From Podarcis pityusensis (Eukaryota): DNA of 64,000 nt. Positions 62,584 to 64,000 of the stretch are shown piece after piece (the first letter of the stretch is position 1; each line of letters starts with the position of its first letter). The position numbers were made by a program, and so were the translations under genes. Where the stretch lies: assembly GCA_964106645.2 (NCBI GenBank), contig OZ067042.1; one strand, 5' to 3'. A model generated the notes under the pieces. It saw only the letters and a list, made by a program, of their open reading frames with translations. It was not told the origin of the DNA and searched no databases.

Positions 62584-62892
62584 TTAATTCAAACTGGGCA
62601 AGGCAAGGGCAGCCAACCCCCACAACATATGGCAAAGTACCAGGCTCTTGCCAAACAGATCAATATTGTGGAAAGAGAAGGGGTTAGAGGTCTTCTTTGC
62701 TAAGAGCTACACATTTACAAGAATGCTTCCAGTTAAAACATACACATCCGTCACAAAGGGACCTGGTGCCCCACTTTTCAAGAGCAGACCTTCAACCAAT
62801 AGTTCTCATTTTTCACTCCCAAGAGTTCAGGCAGCCAAGCTGAGTGCGCATTCTCTGAACAAACATATTACCTAGGACAACAGTTCTTAACT

Positions 62893-63030
62893 GCAGTGGG
62901 GAAAACTGTGACCCTCCAGGGGTTGTTGGACCCAACTCCTATCAACCTCAGCCAGCATGGCCAGTGATCAGGAATGATGGGAGTTGGAGTCCAACAACAT
63001 ATGGAAGGCTACAGGTTCGCTACCCTGTCT
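62893..63030. mobile_element. Short palindromic MITE family (other copies at ~1065-1195, 11797-11920, 16075-16190, 20176-20315, 28380-28510, 30340-30455, 56222-56360)
   Basis: Recurrent motif CTCCAG..TGTTGGAC..AACTCC.ATCA...TGATGGGAGTTGGAGTCCAACAACAT.TGGA throughout the window; boundaries approximate. Confidence 0.7.
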
Positions 63031-63077
63031 TAATCAAATAATTCCAAAATTAAAAACTGGTAAAATTACCGGTAATC

Positions 63078-63448
63078 TCTTTAGCCTGGAAAAGAGGAGA
63101 CTGAGAGGACATATGATAGCCATCTTCCAATATCTAAAGGGCTGCCACATGGAAGATGGAGGAACCTTGTTTTTGCCTGCTCCAGAGGCTAGAATTCGAA
63201 CTAATGAATTCAAGTTACAAGTCAGGAGATTCTGACTAAACCTCAGGAAGAATCTTCTGACAGTAAGAGTTGTTCAACAGTGGAACAGATTTCCATGAGA
63301 GGTGGTAGGCTCTCCTTCTTTGGAGGTTTTTAAGCAGAGGTTGGATGGCCATCTGTCATAGACACTTTAGCTAAGATTCCTGCATTGCAGGGGGTTGGAC
63401 TAGATGATCCTTGGGGTCCCTTCCAACTCTACAGTTCTCTGATTCTAT
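63078..63448 (+). mobile_element. CR1 LINE 3' end
   Basis: [27 protein letters not shown]...; ends GGTCCCTTCCAACTCTACAGTTCTCTGATTCTAT. Confidence 0.92.
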
Positions 63449-64000
63449 AATCCAGGTGCACAATGACCTAAATAAGCAGACTGATCAGTTCCACCTCCTG
63501 GGACTGATTGGCTACACCTCGCTGGTTAGGTAGGTATAACGAAGTTTATGGCATCTCTAGTTGGGAAATTTACTAGGAGGTTTCACTTCCCTGTCCACAT
63601 AGTCCCAGTGCTTTAAATTGTATGTTGAGAGCTACAATTAGCTGCTGCATTTTCAGCGGGGGAATGGAGCCTTCCACCGTAAAGCAATGTTTCAAACCTT
63701 TTGAGTTCTGGTTCCCTTCTAAAACTTACTCCCCCACCCCCCACCCCACCTTCTAAGCCCACTCAACCTCATTGTCACTGCTCTCTTTAGCTACGGAGCG
63801 CACAGAGAAGTTACTGTGGCACAAATATCCAGCCTTTCCTACTACAAGTCCTTTTGGGTTCTCTCTAGAGTCCCACCCATGGGCCTCAGAGAAAGATTGC
63901 CATGTCATTTTTTACAACAGTGAGATGCAGACAAGTCAAGCAGCTGCCGCTTCTCATCTCAGGATGACTCTAGCAGGATGACGCTCAGTCAGGAGACAAA

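Overview
Vertebrate genomic DNA, very probably a squamate reptile (Sauria SINEs, Squam3-like SINEs, CR1/L2 LINEs, Penelope remnant; a lacertid lizard is my inference). It carries the conserved block SFRP5(+) - ZFYVE27/protrudin(-) - MARVELD1(-) - AVPI1(+) - PI4K2A(-), in the same relative order and orientation as human 10q24. I reconstructed all coding exons by hand with GT-AG boundaries and consistent phases: SFRP5 (3 exons, 314 aa), ZFYVE27 (11 constitutive coding exons plus a 21-nt neural-type microexon, 408/415 aa), MARVELD1 (single-exon CDS, 174 aa), AVPI1 (2 coding exons, 161 aa) and PI4K2A (exons 2-9; exon 1 lies beyond the window). Most notable unexplained signals: (1) seven mostly phase-compatible, splice-site-bounded, stop-riddled segments at 760-5631 that look like a decayed multi-exon gene (candidate unitary pseudogene) which I cannot identify; (2) a 221-bp Penelope-like insertion with a 15-bp target-site duplication that forms a perfect 78-bp inverted repeat and contains a minimal hammerhead-ribozyme core; (3) the protrudin exon-L microexon with its upstream UGC motifs; (4) overlapping poly(A) hexamers on opposite strands between AVPI1 and PI4K2A. 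All coordinates were counted by eye and family names come from recalled consensus sequences; no searches were run.
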